Positions 18,371 through 27,517 of a DNA stretch of 63,264 nt are shown piece after piece; the first letter of the stretch is position 1, and every line of letters begins with the position of its first letter. A model generated the notes under the pieces. The model was given only the letters and a program-made list of their open reading frames with translations, had not been told where the DNA came from and did no database searches. The translations under genes and the position numbers were made by a program. This stretch comes from a virus (taxonomy: Duplodnaviria > Caudoviricetes), in IMG/VR virus record IMGVR_UViG_3300033076_000316, positions 1-63,264 of that record. One strand, written 5' to 3'.

Positions 18371-20373
18371 TACTTTGCCTCACCCCACTTATCAACGATA
18401 TATACCTCAGCTTTTAGTGGAACCTTGATAGAACTCAAGTTGATTCCTTCCATTGCTGACTTAATTGCTTCTGCAGTTTCTTCTGCTCGGTCTTCTGGAG
18501 TAATTGTTACCAATTCATCGTGAACCGTTAGTACTACATTAATGGATGGCTCATTGATAAAGCAAGAGTGTGCACGAACAAGTGCGAGCTTCATGATGTC
18601 AGCGGCTGAACCCTGAATCATGGTGTTGAAAGCCTGACGTTCTGCACGAGAGATTAGCCCCATCTCCTTGCTGTTGAGGTCAGGAATGTATCGACGACGA
18701 CCAAAGATAGTTTCGATAAAAGGGATTGGCCCTGACTGCTTGGCTAGGCGAACAACCTGAGACTTGTATTTAGCAATCGAAGAGAATTCCTTCTCAAAAC
18801 GAGTCAATAGGTCCTTGGCTTCCTTTACAGAACATCCGATAGACGCTGCAATCTTGTCAGGTCCTACACCGTATGAGATAGCGAGAACGAGAACCTTACC
18901 AGCCTTACGGTCTACACCCATGGTGTCACCGATGGTGGTGTAGATGTCTCCTCCAGTCAAGTAGTTGTTTACTAGAACAGGGTCCTGAGAGAACGACGCA
19001 ATGACTCGTGGCTCAATCTGAGAGTAGTCAGCTACAACAAGCTTGTACCCTGGAGGAGCAACGAACAGGTTACGAACCAACTTGCCATAATCTCCCGATG
19101 ATGGGATGTTCTGCAAGTTAGGCTCGCTAGATGAGAAACGACCAGTCTCGGCACCGTGTGCCTTGAAGTTAGTATGTACGCGACCATTGATAAGAAGCGA
19201 GTCCTTCTTAGTAATAGTCTCCTTACCATTGGTAACACGCTTGACCATACCTCCCTTGTAAGGAGTTACATAGGTGGTCATCAGCTTGTTCAAGTCCTGA
19301 TATTCCAGTAGAGCGTCTACTAGTTCGTCTTTACCTCGGTAGTACTCAAGGGCTTCGGCGGAACATGAGTAGTGTGACTCGTTGAGCTCCTCACGGTTAC
19401 GCTGAGCCTCCTGACCCTTAGTGGTCAAGGCAGCCTTGAACTTAGGATTAGGAGTGATACGTGGCTTCTTACCATCTTCTTGAGGAGTAAACAGCAATTT
19501 CTGCTTCGCAGGAACAGAATTAATTGCGAAAGCCTTGCCTGCCAACTTGTAGCATTTTGCTTCGGCTTCTTGTTTACCCTTTTCAATCTCGATAGCCAGT
19601 GTATCGAGAGCTTCCTGGTCAATGTAAGCACCAGTCAATTCCATGTCGCACAGGGCTCCTAGTACGTCCATTTCGAGACGCCAGACCTTCTGCAGGTTCC
19701 CAACAATCTTTGGCTTCAAGGCCTTGTAGAGGTCCCAGGTGAGCGCTGAGTCAATGCCTGAGTAGTTAGCGACCTCTGAGAATGCATGAAGCGCAACGTT
19801 TTCTCCGACTCCCTTTTCCATGTCAACGCCAAGTTCTCGCTTTACACAGTCTTTAAGTCCTAGGTTGAACTTATTCTGGTTGTTGATGATAAAAGAGGCC
19901 ATCAAAGTATCGAAGTATGGCTTAGCTGGTACACGGCCTTTGTAGTACTTCGCTACAGACTTGAGGTCGAACTTTGCGTTGTGAGCGACCTTGAGCGCAG
20001 GACCAAACATGATTGGTTCAATGGCGTCAAACACCTGGCGTGGAGTTAGCTGGGACGGGGCTTCCCCGAACTTGGCCGTCCACTTACGCTGGTCTTTAGA
20101 GTAGTGAGACTCAAGGATAGGCTTGCCGTTCTCAAGACGGCGAAGTCCCTCAGTCATTAGTGGCTTATCCCAGCCAGTGAACTCGCCGTTAGGGTGACCC
20201 ATAGGGATAACGTCTGTGCGACCCTCAGTCGCAAATGAAATCCAGCAAACGTCATTGATTACTGGGTATAGGCGGTTTTCGCCAATAGTCTCTACGTCCC
20301 ACGCAAAAGCATCGACGTTCTTATACGCAGCTACAAACTCGGCTAGCTGCTGTGCCGTTGTAATGATATTCAT
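18370..20373 (-). CDS. polA: family A DNA polymerase with 3'-5' exonuclease
   Basis: DVET, HNAKFD, TGRFSSSEPNLQNIP, ADYSQIE, YG, AFNTMIQGSAADI, VHDE; start at ATG 20373 after GAGGGCA. Confidence 0.97.
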   Translation of the reverse strand: MNIITTAQQLAEFVAAYKNVDAFAWDVETIGENRLYPVINDVCWISFATEGRTDVIPMGHPNGEFTGWDKPLMTEGLRRLENGKPILESHYSKDQRKWTAKFGEAPSQLTPRQVFDAIEPIMFGPALKVAHNAKFDLKSVAKYYKGRVPAKPYFDTLMASFIINNQNKFNLGLKDCVKRELGVDMEKGVGENVALHAFSEVANYSGIDSALTWDLYKALKPKIVGNLQKVWRLEMDVLGALCDMELTGAYIDQEALDTLAIEIEKGKQEAEAKCYKLAGKAFAINSVPAKQKLLFTPQEDGKKPRITPNPKFKAALTTKGQEAQRNREELNESHYSCSAEALEYYRGKDELVDALLEYQDLNKLMTTYVTPYKGGMVKRVTNGKETITKKDSLLINGRVHTNFKAHGAETGRFSSSEPNLQNIPSSGDYGKLVRNLFVAPPGYKLVVADYSQIEPRVIASFSQDPVLVNNYLTGGDIYTTIGDTMGVDRKAGKVLVLAISYGVGPDKIAASIGCSVKEAKDLLTRFEKEFSSIAKYKSQVVRLAKQSGPIPFIETIFGRRRYIPDLNSKEMGLISRAERQAFNTMIQGSAADIMKLALVRAHSCFINEPSINVVLTVHDELVTITPEDRAEETAEAIKSAMEGINLSSIKVPLKAEVYIVDKWGEAK

Positions 20374-20394
20374 GATTGCCCTCAAGAAAGTATA

Positions 20395-20448
20395 AGTGCA
20401 GGGAGCCAGAGGAAACAGAAGGGAAAAAAGACTCTGGCTCCCTGCACT
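20395..20448 (-). promoter_or_regulatory. 17-bp perfect stem-loop with 20-nt pyrimidine-rich loop between SSB and polA
   Basis: AGTGCAGGGAGCCAGAG (20395-20411) pairs with CTCTGGCTCCCTGCACT (20432-20448). Confidence 0.75.
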
Positions 20449-20459
20449 GGTGGGAGATA

Positions 20460-21116
20460 CTAGGAAACGAGCGTACGTGCTAGAGTTAGCAGCTCTTCGC
20501 GAGGGCTCACGAATACTGCAGACTCGTCGTACTTATCAGCCTTAGAGGCGATAGCGTCGATTTCATCGGCATCTAGCTCCCACTCATCAGCAAGGTCTGA
20601 GGCACGGACACGGTCCAAAACGTACTGTGTCTGTGGGCCAGAACCCTGTCGAGCGAGTGACCAGTAGTACTTAGTCAAAGGACCACGACGTGGGTCATCA
20701 TTTGCTGCACGTAGCTGGCGAGCCAGGGTAGGTGGAGCAGTCAGAATCTGTACGTTTGGCTCTTCGTCTGAGATTACTAGAACGTTAAAAGCGAACTTAG
20801 CGCGTGGCTTGTCACCAGCGATGGTGCATAGTGGGCAGTCCTCGCCAAGGCATACGAATGAACGCTTGCCTTCGGTGCGGTCAACCCAGTGCTGCTCGTA
20901 CACCATGAAAGGTGCGTCATCTAGGAACTTTACGAGCGAGGTCTGCTCAGAGAAGCGGAAGTCGGTGGCGTACTCGCCCTTTTCCTTCTTAGGCTTTAGG
21001 AAAGCATCGGCTGCTCCCCAACCTGCCTGAACAGTGGTGCCGTGCTTTGGTGATGCGTCTACAGAGTCTTCTACTAGGTAGTCATCTGCGTCTACTGCTG
21101 GGCTGTTAATAGCCAT
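20460..21116 (-). CDS. single-stranded DNA-binding protein (gp32-like)
   Basis: VKFLD, QHW...FVC...CPLC, FNV; adjacent to polA; likely start MAINSP. Confidence 0.75.
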   Translation of the reverse strand: MAINSPAVDADDYLVEDSVDASPKHGTTVQAGWGAADAFLKPKKEKGEYATDFRFSEQTSLVKFLDDAPFMVYEQHWVDRTEGKRSFVCLGEDCPLCTIAGDKPRAKFAFNVLVISDEEPNVQILTAPPTLARQLRAANDDPRRGPLTKYYWSLARQGSGPQTQYVLDRVRASDLADEWELDADEIDAIASKADKYDESAVFVSPREELLTLARTLVS

Positions 21117-21168
21117 GGTATTTCTTCTTTCGGTAATGAGGCTTTCGCTCTCGATTGGTAATGAGGTC

Positions 21169-21654
21169 TTATGACTCTCGGTTAGCTGTTGCTGCCTTCC
21201 ATCGTAGCACAAGTGCTTCTGTTAGGTCATCCAGCTGACTCCATTCTACACGAGCTGAACCCAAAAGTCCACGCCGTGCAAACTCTTCTATGGCAATTTC
21301 AATAAGACGTCGTGTATAAACACGGTTTCCGTTTACTTTAGTGCCGTTCAGAGTTTTAGAACGAAGTCGGTAGGGAGCAATTGGAATGTATCCCTTCTTC
21401 TCCCATAGACGAATGGTGACAATCTTCTTGTCCAAAGCGTGCGCTAGGGCACCAATGGTAAAGACTTCTGTCTCCACTCCCTGAAGAGTTTTAATAATTG
21501 GGTGGTTATCCCAACCGTTAGACTCTCCAAGAGCTTGCTTACGTCGCTTGTCTGCTACTGGAGTAGACTCACGACGTGGTTGCTTTGAGCCAGGTACACG
21601 GTCGAGGCCCTCAAAAGCTTTAAGGACTTCTTCTTCACTACGCATACCAGGCAT
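21169..21654 (-). CDS. MerR-like HTH DNA-binding protein
   Basis: FTIGALAHALDKKIVTIRLWEKKGYIP...RVYT. Confidence 0.8.
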   Translation of the reverse strand: MPGMRSEEEVLKAFEGLDRVPGSKQPRRESTPVADKRRKQALGESNGWDNHPIIKTLQGVETEVFTIGALAHALDKKIVTIRLWEKKGYIPIAPYRLRSKTLNGTKVNGNRVYTRRLIEIAIEEFARRGLLGSARVEWSQLDDLTEALVLRWKAATANRES

Positions 21655-21656
21655 GA

Positions 21657-22100
21657 TTACTTCTTCGGAATACGGAGAGCCCAAGTAGTGGTTACTGGGA
21701 ACATCTCATCAAGTTCTTCTTCGCTAATCTTGCCTTCGTAAAAAGCAGCCATTAGCGCGTCTTCGTTTAGCACAAGCTTAGTCTCGTATAGTTCATCCGT
21801 CAACTGGTGCTGGGCGATGATTGTCTCTGCGACTGCTTCATCAACCTTACGACTTGAACGACGCTGCTTCTCTAGACGTACGACACCTTCAATGGGCTCG
21901 TCGAAATCGATTAGTAGGTTTCCGTTGCTGTCCTCTTCGCCTTCAAGGTCAAGCTTTTCAAACAAAGCCACACGCAATTCATCTGCACGTGCTTTAAGAA
22001 TGGTTTCAGTTGACTTTAGCTTGATGTATTCGCGAAGCTTTGCCTCAAAACTATCTGGGTTAAGAATTCGTGAAGTCTCTTCTGGGATAATGTTAGCCAT
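21657..22100 (-). CDS. hypothetical protein (coiled-coil)
   Basis: ORF track. Confidence 0.7.
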   Translation of the reverse strand: MANIIPEETSRILNPDSFEAKLREYIKLKSTETILKARADELRVALFEKLDLEGEEDSNGNLLIDFDEPIEGVVRLEKQRRSSRKVDEAVAETIIAQHQLTDELYETKLVLNEDALMAAFYEGKISEEELDEMFPVTTTWALRIPKK

Positions 22101-22228
22101 TATTTCGCACTCACTAGGCGACGCTTAGTTGCGTCAAACATCTTTGGGTGCTTCTTAGCAGCCTTACCGTTTTGACGGTCAGTGCCCTTACTTGCTGGAG
22201 CTGGAGCTCCACCCTTACCTTTAGCCAT
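22100..22228 (-). CDS. 42-aa basic micro-protein
   Basis: MAKGKGGAPAPASKGTDRQNGKAAKKHPKMFDATKRRLVSAK; AAGGGCA RBS; TAATG coupling. Confidence 0.65.
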   Translation of the reverse strand: MAKGKGGAPAPASKGTDRQNGKAAKKHPKMFDATKRRLVSAK

Positions 22229-22237
22229 GATGCCCTT

Positions 22238-23806
22238 CTAAATTAGCTTGTTGTTTATAAATTGTATCAGGCTGCCAACTGTGAGGTCAACTCCGCCTTG
22301 AGAGTTAATGTTTGAGCCGTCTAGGATTGCTCCTGCGACGTTGCTCTTTTGCTTAAGCATATCGTACTGACGTTGCTCAATAGAATCCTTGACGAGGATG
22401 TCTTGGATTGTTATGGACGACCAAGTAGATGAGGTCCTGTTAATGCGACCGTTACGTTGCACTGCAAGACCTGAGCTCCATGGCTGGTCGTAATTGAGCA
22501 AGAGGTTAGCCTGAGGCAAATCCACACCATAGCCACCAGCATCACTACTGACAAGAACACGAGTGTTCGGGTTAGTTTGGAAATTAACTTTGGCTTCTTC
22601 TTTTTGTCTTGCATTCATTTCTCCTGTGTAACCAACGGCATCATAACCTTTGGCTTTAAGTCTGCTTACTATTTCTCCAACAGAGTCTAGATAGCTTGAG
22701 AATACTACAGCTTTGTATGCTCCGTCAATATCGAGGTGCTCCGATAGGTAAGAGATGGCTGCGTCTAGTTTAGGAGTTTTTGCAATATCTTCAATGAGCT
22801 CGCCTAGGCTGTGGATGTACGCACTGCCCTTTCCTGTGTGGTTGTCGAAGTTAGCGTAGCTAGTCTTTACAACATCAGGGCTGGAGCAGAGCATTCGCAT
22901 GGCAGATATTCGAGACATTACCTCACCACGCATTTGGTTAGCTGGGTCATTTGCATCGTAGGACTGGCCATAGTGAGCGGCAAGGCTAAAGTTACTTCCG
23001 AAAGATTCGCTGGCCTCCACTAAAAGTGCGTGTAGGTCCTTAGCAATATGGTTGTAAAGCTTCTGGCCTTTGCTGTCTAATGGAACAATAATCGGTTCTC
23101 TATAGATTGCGTCAGGAAGATATGGCTTAACATCCTCATCCTTCTGTGACTTGCGGACCGTGTGGTCCATAAGTATTTTGTGAAGGGTAGGAAGATTACG
23201 GTAACGCTGAACTCCACCGAAGTGATTACGAACGATAAAAGTTTTATCGAAAAGGTCGAAACGTCCTAGAACCTTTGAGTCTACGAACTGCATGATTGAG
23301 AAAATCTCTTCAGGTCTTCCGTTTTCAATTGGAGTTCCTGTGAGTGCAAATCTGATAGGAATGTTCTTAGCGAGGTCTTTGACTCGCTTAGCTCTTTTAG
23401 CTTTAAATCCTTTGATGGCTGTGGCCTCGTCACAGACGATAGCTGCGTAGGTACCATTCTTTAAAATGTCCCAGTCGTTGACTATTTGTTCGTAGTTCAT
23501 GATTACGTACTGGGCTTTGTCTGCCTCGTGGTACTGGGCAAGTCTTTGCTTTGAGGTTCCGTCAATGACTACAGCAGTTGAGTCACTGAACTTCTCTATT
23601 TCTTTTTTCCACTGGTACTTCAAGCTGGCAAGACAAAGAACTATTACTAAGTCGTTTATCTCGCCAGCTTCTCGAAGTTCTTCGACAGCAGCAATAGTCA
23701 TAGGTGTTTTGCCTAGACCCATTTCGTACGCTACAAGAATGTGCTTGGTCTCCACCATCTTTTCGACAGCTTCAACTTGGTACGGTTTTAGTGTTCCTTT
23801 AAACAT
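22238..23806 (-). CDS. SNF2-family helicase
   Basis: LKPYQ, EMGLGKT, CDEA, LTGTPIEN, GGYGVDL, QRNGRINR. Confidence 0.93.
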   Translation of the reverse strand: MFKGTLKPYQVEAVEKMVETKHILVAYEMGLGKTPMTIAAVEELREAGEINDLVIVLCLASLKYQWKKEIEKFSDSTAVVIDGTSKQRLAQYHEADKAQYVIMNYEQIVNDWDILKNGTYAAIVCDEATAIKGFKAKRAKRVKDLAKNIPIRFALTGTPIENGRPEEIFSIMQFVDSKVLGRFDLFDKTFIVRNHFGGVQRYRNLPTLHKILMDHTVRKSQKDEDVKPYLPDAIYREPIIVPLDSKGQKLYNHIAKDLHALLVEASESFGSNFSLAAHYGQSYDANDPANQMRGEVMSRISAMRMLCSSPDVVKTSYANFDNHTGKGSAYIHSLGELIEDIAKTPKLDAAISYLSEHLDIDGAYKAVVFSSYLDSVGEIVSRLKAKGYDAVGYTGEMNARQKEEAKVNFQTNPNTRVLVSSDAGGYGVDLPQANLLLNYDQPWSSGLAVQRNGRINRTSSTWSSITIQDILVKDSIEQRQYDMLKQKSNVAGAILDGSNINSQGGVDLTVGSLIQFINNKLI

Positions 23807-24776
23807 ACGCCATTTCACCGAGGATAGAAGGTTTTGCGTTTTGAATGCCCCACGCAATCTCCTCATCGGTCATATCGCCTGGGTCTTTCTTACCACTATC
23901 ACCATAGTTGAAAAAGAACAAATTTAAACCGTATTTACGTGCAGTAATACGCAGTTCATCTGAAGCCTTCTTGCCAGCAGAATCTAGCTTTGGGTTGTCG
24001 AGGGCGCTGATGACTCGCTCCGAGTAGCGGATGAGCTTGAGCTGTTCCTCACTAATAGATGAACCGCAAATAGCCACAGCCCCATGAATACCAGCGGACC
24101 TAAGCCGAACACAATCAAGAGGAGACTCAACGATGACAACTACGTCTTCTTTCTGGTTCTCGATGCCGAACAATGTCTTAGACTTCTGAAGTCCTGCAGG
24201 GCGGTTGAAGAAGGTGCGGTGAAGCGTACCCTTCTCCTGCCAGCCCATGAGACGGTTAAAGTGAGGTTCCCTTAGTGGAAGAATCCACGTAGCCTTCTTT
24301 GCGTCCCAGAGCAATCCGTACTCAGCTGCTGCTTCTGCAGTAATGTTACGGCTGGCAAGTGCGTCTGATGGTGGCTCCTCGAATAGTGCAAGACGGGCCT
24401 CAGACATCTCTAGTGGCTTAGGTGCTGGCTCTAGACGATTAGGGAGGTTCTTAATCATCTCAGCTAGCTTCTCAATTGGAATAGCCGAAACAGAAGCTAA
24501 CCAGTTCTGAGCTGCGGGATAGTCGTAGCTGTAGTCCTTGCCCCAACCCTGAACGTAGAACTCGTTGATGTCACAGACTAGCTGTGCAACATTGCCCTTG
24601 TAGTTACAGGAGAAACAAATGTGCTGGCCTGAGTCAAGGTTAATCCACCATGAAGGAGAGTTATCCCGCTTACCTGTGCGACGCTCATGCATAGGGCAAA
24701 GTGCGTTAGCTTCTGAGCCATGCTCAGTAGAGTCAATACCTAGTGCTGCAAGCACAGCAATTACGTCAAGAATCAT
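23799..24776 (-). CDS. DNA primase (CHC2 zinc finger + TOPRIM)
   Basis: CPMH...CFSC, VESPLD, LDN...D, KDPGD. Confidence 0.9.
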   Translation of the reverse strand: MILDVIAVLAALGIDSTEHGSEANALCPMHERRTGKRDNSPSWWINLDSGQHICFSCNYKGNVAQLVCDINEFYVQGWGKDYSYDYPAAQNWLASVSAIPIEKLAEMIKNLPNRLEPAPKPLEMSEARLALFEEPPSDALASRNITAEAAAEYGLLWDAKKATWILPLREPHFNRLMGWQEKGTLHRTFFNRPAGLQKSKTLFGIENQKEDVVVIVESPLDCVRLRSAGIHGAVAICGSSISEEQLKLIRYSERVISALDNPKLDSAGKKASDELRITARKYGLNLFFFNYGDSGKKDPGDMTDEEIAWGIQNAKPSILGEMAYV

Positions 24777-26029
24777 AGCTTGTTACTCGCATATGGTGTG
24801 CAGAACTTGCAGGACTTTGCCTTGGTCTCATCGTGGAAGCACCCAGTCTCCCACATCCAAGTAATCGAAGTCTCTGATGGTGGGCAGTTACGAGCCTGAA
24901 CAACACGAAGCATACGAATCTCTTCGTCTTCTTCTACGGCATCCAGACCGAGGATTACATCTGAGTCCTGGAAGAATGAGGATGAGTAACCGATTGAGTC
25001 AGCAGAAACCTTTCCACCCTTCATCTTCCAAAGAAGCGTCTGGGTCGAGATAACCACTGGCTTGTTCATACGCTGCGCCATGCGCTTCAGGGCACGAGTG
25101 ATGTTGGTCAGCGCCTGTGGAGTGTTGGCTTCGCCCGTGACTTCGTCGAGCATCAAGTACACACCGTCAACAAAGATAATGTCTGGGTTAAGCTGTTCGG
25201 CCTTTGCCATCAATGCGCTAACAGTCAATCCGTTAACAGCGTCAATCAAGTGGAAGGGCTTAGCGGTCTTGAGCGAGTCAAGCTTAGCTAGCAAGCGGTC
25301 CTCTTCAGCAGTCTGTAGCTTACCGCGTCGGAAACGAGCGTTAGAAATGTGTGCAGACATGGAGAGGAAACGCTGAGTCTGCTCGTGGTTGTTCATCTCG
25401 AAAGACTGGAACATAGGTACCAAACCAGAGTCGTGAACGTTGTTAGCCATCTTCAAGATAATCTGCGACTTACCCGTCTTAGGCGGAGCAATCACGGTAA
25501 TCAGCTGACCGCCCTGTAGGCCAGCAGTTGCTTCGTCAATCTTCTCAAATCCAGTAGGAACACCAAGCATCTTGTTGTTCTGTACGTTCTCATACTCTTC
25601 CCAGAACTTATCTGGGTCAGTAGTGAGGTCTAGGTGAGTTGTGCCAATGATGCCCTGCTCGTTGACCATTGCGACTGTCTTAGTCATCTCGGCCAGGGCG
25701 GACTCGTGGTCGTTGTGGGTTACCTTCTCGATAACCTGCTCGACACCGTTGCGGGTAATCGTGCGACGACGGAACTCGACCATCTTGTCAATTAGATACT
25801 CAATGGTGTCTTCTACACGAAGAACTTTAAAATTAGGAAAGTTATCTACGACTGCTACGGCTGACGGAGTCTCGCGGTAAGTGCTGTAGTGTTCACGAAC
25901 GAACTTCCATACACGACGTAGGTCGTCGTCTACGAACCAGTCGTCTTTAATCCCGCGTTCAATTACAGGAATGATGTTTCGGTCACCAATGACCTTGCTG
26001 ACTAAACGATACTCGTTATCGTGTGCCAT
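24773..26029 (-). CDS. dnaB: DnaB-like replicative helicase
   Basis: GVPTGF, APPKTGKS, SFEM, FVDG, DSD, QAR. Confidence 0.92.
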   Translation of the reverse strand: MAHDNEYRLVSKVIGDRNIIPVIERGIKDDWFVDDDLRRVWKFVREHYSTYRETPSAVAVVDNFPNFKVLRVEDTIEYLIDKMVEFRRRTITRNGVEQVIEKVTHNDHESALAEMTKTVAMVNEQGIIGTTHLDLTTDPDKFWEEYENVQNNKMLGVPTGFEKIDEATAGLQGGQLITVIAPPKTGKSQIILKMANNVHDSGLVPMFQSFEMNNHEQTQRFLSMSAHISNARFRRGKLQTAEEDRLLAKLDSLKTAKPFHLIDAVNGLTVSALMAKAEQLNPDIIFVDGVYLMLDEVTGEANTPQALTNITRALKRMAQRMNKPVVISTQTLLWKMKGGKVSADSIGYSSSFFQDSDVILGLDAVEEDEEIRMLRVVQARNCPPSETSITWMWETGCFHDETKAKSCKFCTPYASNKL

Positions 26030-26047
26030 GTTTGCCCTCTATCTGTT

Positions 26048-26464
26048 TTATAGGTTGTCTAGTTCAATGCCCCATGAACCGTAACGAGCAACCCGTTCTC
26101 GTAAATCTACCACACCTTTTAAGTTAGTACGGTAGGGCAGTTCTCCAATGAAGTCTTCCATGTCGTTGTACAACTCAGCGTAATTAAACGGGTTGCCTCC
26201 ACGACGGTCCAGCTTATCCATGAACTTATCTAGGTGGTCCTGCGTCCAAAGCTCTGATTGAAAGGCAGCTAGTTCTACTGAAAGGCCATACTTATCTGCG
26301 ATGTTCCATAGATGAGACAGTGCTAGATGATTAAGGCTTAGAACCTTTCGCTCGGTCACTGAACGAAGTAACTTGCGTTCCTCTTCGATTTCTGATTTGG
26401 CTACGACGTCTATTACCACGATGATGCGAGGCGAAGTCTCGTTCGAGATGTCTCCGTTAATCAT
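26048..26464 (-). CDS. hypothetical protein
   Basis: ORF track. Confidence 0.7.
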   Translation of the reverse strand: MINGDISNETSPRIIVVIDVVAKSEIEEERKLLRSVTERKVLSLNHLALSHLWNIADKYGLSVELAAFQSELWTQDHLDKFMDKLDRRGGNPFNYAELYNDMEDFIGELPYRTNLKGVVDLRERVARYGSWGIELDNL

Positions 26465-26780
26465 CTGTCAAACCGTCAATAACCTCGACCTTTCCGTGCT
26501 TCAATACAAACTCACGGAATAGCTTTGGGTCTGCCATGGCGGCAAACGCTTCCTCATCTTCGACATCTTCTGGAATGTGAATTGAGTAGTGTCCCTCATT
26601 TTCTGCCATGTACTTCTTCACATACTTAGCGTGCTGGCAACGAGCAGAGCGCTGAAAAGCAGGGCAAGTACAGCGAACCTTCTTGCTGTTCTCAGCGTCA
26701 ATCTCTACTTCAAATACTCCGTCAGGTGACAAGAACATTTGAACTGTGCGCCACTCGATATCCATCTTTAAATCCTTCAT
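26457..26780 (-). CDS. SWIM zinc-finger protein
   Basis: CTCPAF...CQH. Confidence 0.75.
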   Translation of the reverse strand: MKDLKMDIEWRTVQMFLSPDGVFEVEIDAENSKKVRCTCPAFQRSARCQHAKYVKKYMAENEGHYSIHIPEDVEDEEAFAAMADPKLFREFVLKHGKVEVIDGLTDD

Positions 26781-27499
26781 TGCTGACGTAGGTCCTCTCC
26801 AATAATACGTACTCGCTTGAATGCTTCATGTGCAAAACTACCCATTGCAGGCCCGTACTTCTTCTCCCAGTCCTCACGACGAACGTTTGTAGTGATGATT
26901 GTTGGTAGAGCCTTATCGTATCGTGCCCTCAGGATTTCGTCAAATGAGGTGTTGTCGTAGTCTGAGCCGTACTCCTTGCCTAGGTCATCTAGGACTAGTA
27001 GGCGTACGTTTAGCCAGTCGTACTTAGAGCGACCGTGGTAGCCCTCCATCTCCTGAAACATGTTCGCCTTGGACTCTGGGTCTGCATCAAACATAGCCTT
27101 CTTACGAGATAGGAACTCTGGGTAGGTCATGTAGTAAACCGCACGAGTATCCATGCCGTAGTCCTTCGATGAGATACCTAGAATGTCTCGAGCCTGTGCC
27201 TCGTCCGTAGGCAGGCGGCGAACAAACTCCATGAGAGTTGTTACAGCGTGAGTGGTCTTTCCAAGGCCTGGGCCACCATCAAATAGGAGCCCTAGTCCAG
27301 TAGTGCCGATTCCGCCAACCTGCTTGATGTTATCTCCAGCAAGTACGTTGTCCATCCAGCGTTCAATAACTGCTGGAAAACTCCCTACCTTCTTTGCGAT
27401 ATCTGAAGGTTCCATTCCCAAGAAGCGGCGAGGAATGTTTGACCCACGAAGTAGCCAATGCTTCTTCATTGGGTCTAGTTCGTTAATGTCGTAAGACAT
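26777..27499 (-). CDS. DnaC/IstB-like helicase loader ATPase
   Basis: GGPGLGKT, LLVLDDLGKE, RYD...PTIITTN. Confidence 0.9.
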   Translation of the reverse strand: MSYDINELDPMKKHWLLRGSNIPRRFLGMEPSDIAKKVGSFPAVIERWMDNVLAGDNIKQVGGIGTTGLGLLFDGGPGLGKTTHAVTTLMEFVRRLPTDEAQARDILGISSKDYGMDTRAVYYMTYPEFLSRKKAMFDADPESKANMFQEMEGYHGRSKYDWLNVRLLVLDDLGKEYGSDYDNTSFDEILRARYDKALPTIITTNVRREDWEKKYGPAMGSFAHEAFKRVRIIGEDLRQQ

Positions 27500-27517
27500 T
27501 GTGCCCTCTTTCTGTTT

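Noticed and set aside
16383-26029. Inteins or introns in RecA, PolA, SNF2 or DnaB
   Set aside because: Lengths are normal and motifs are contiguous.
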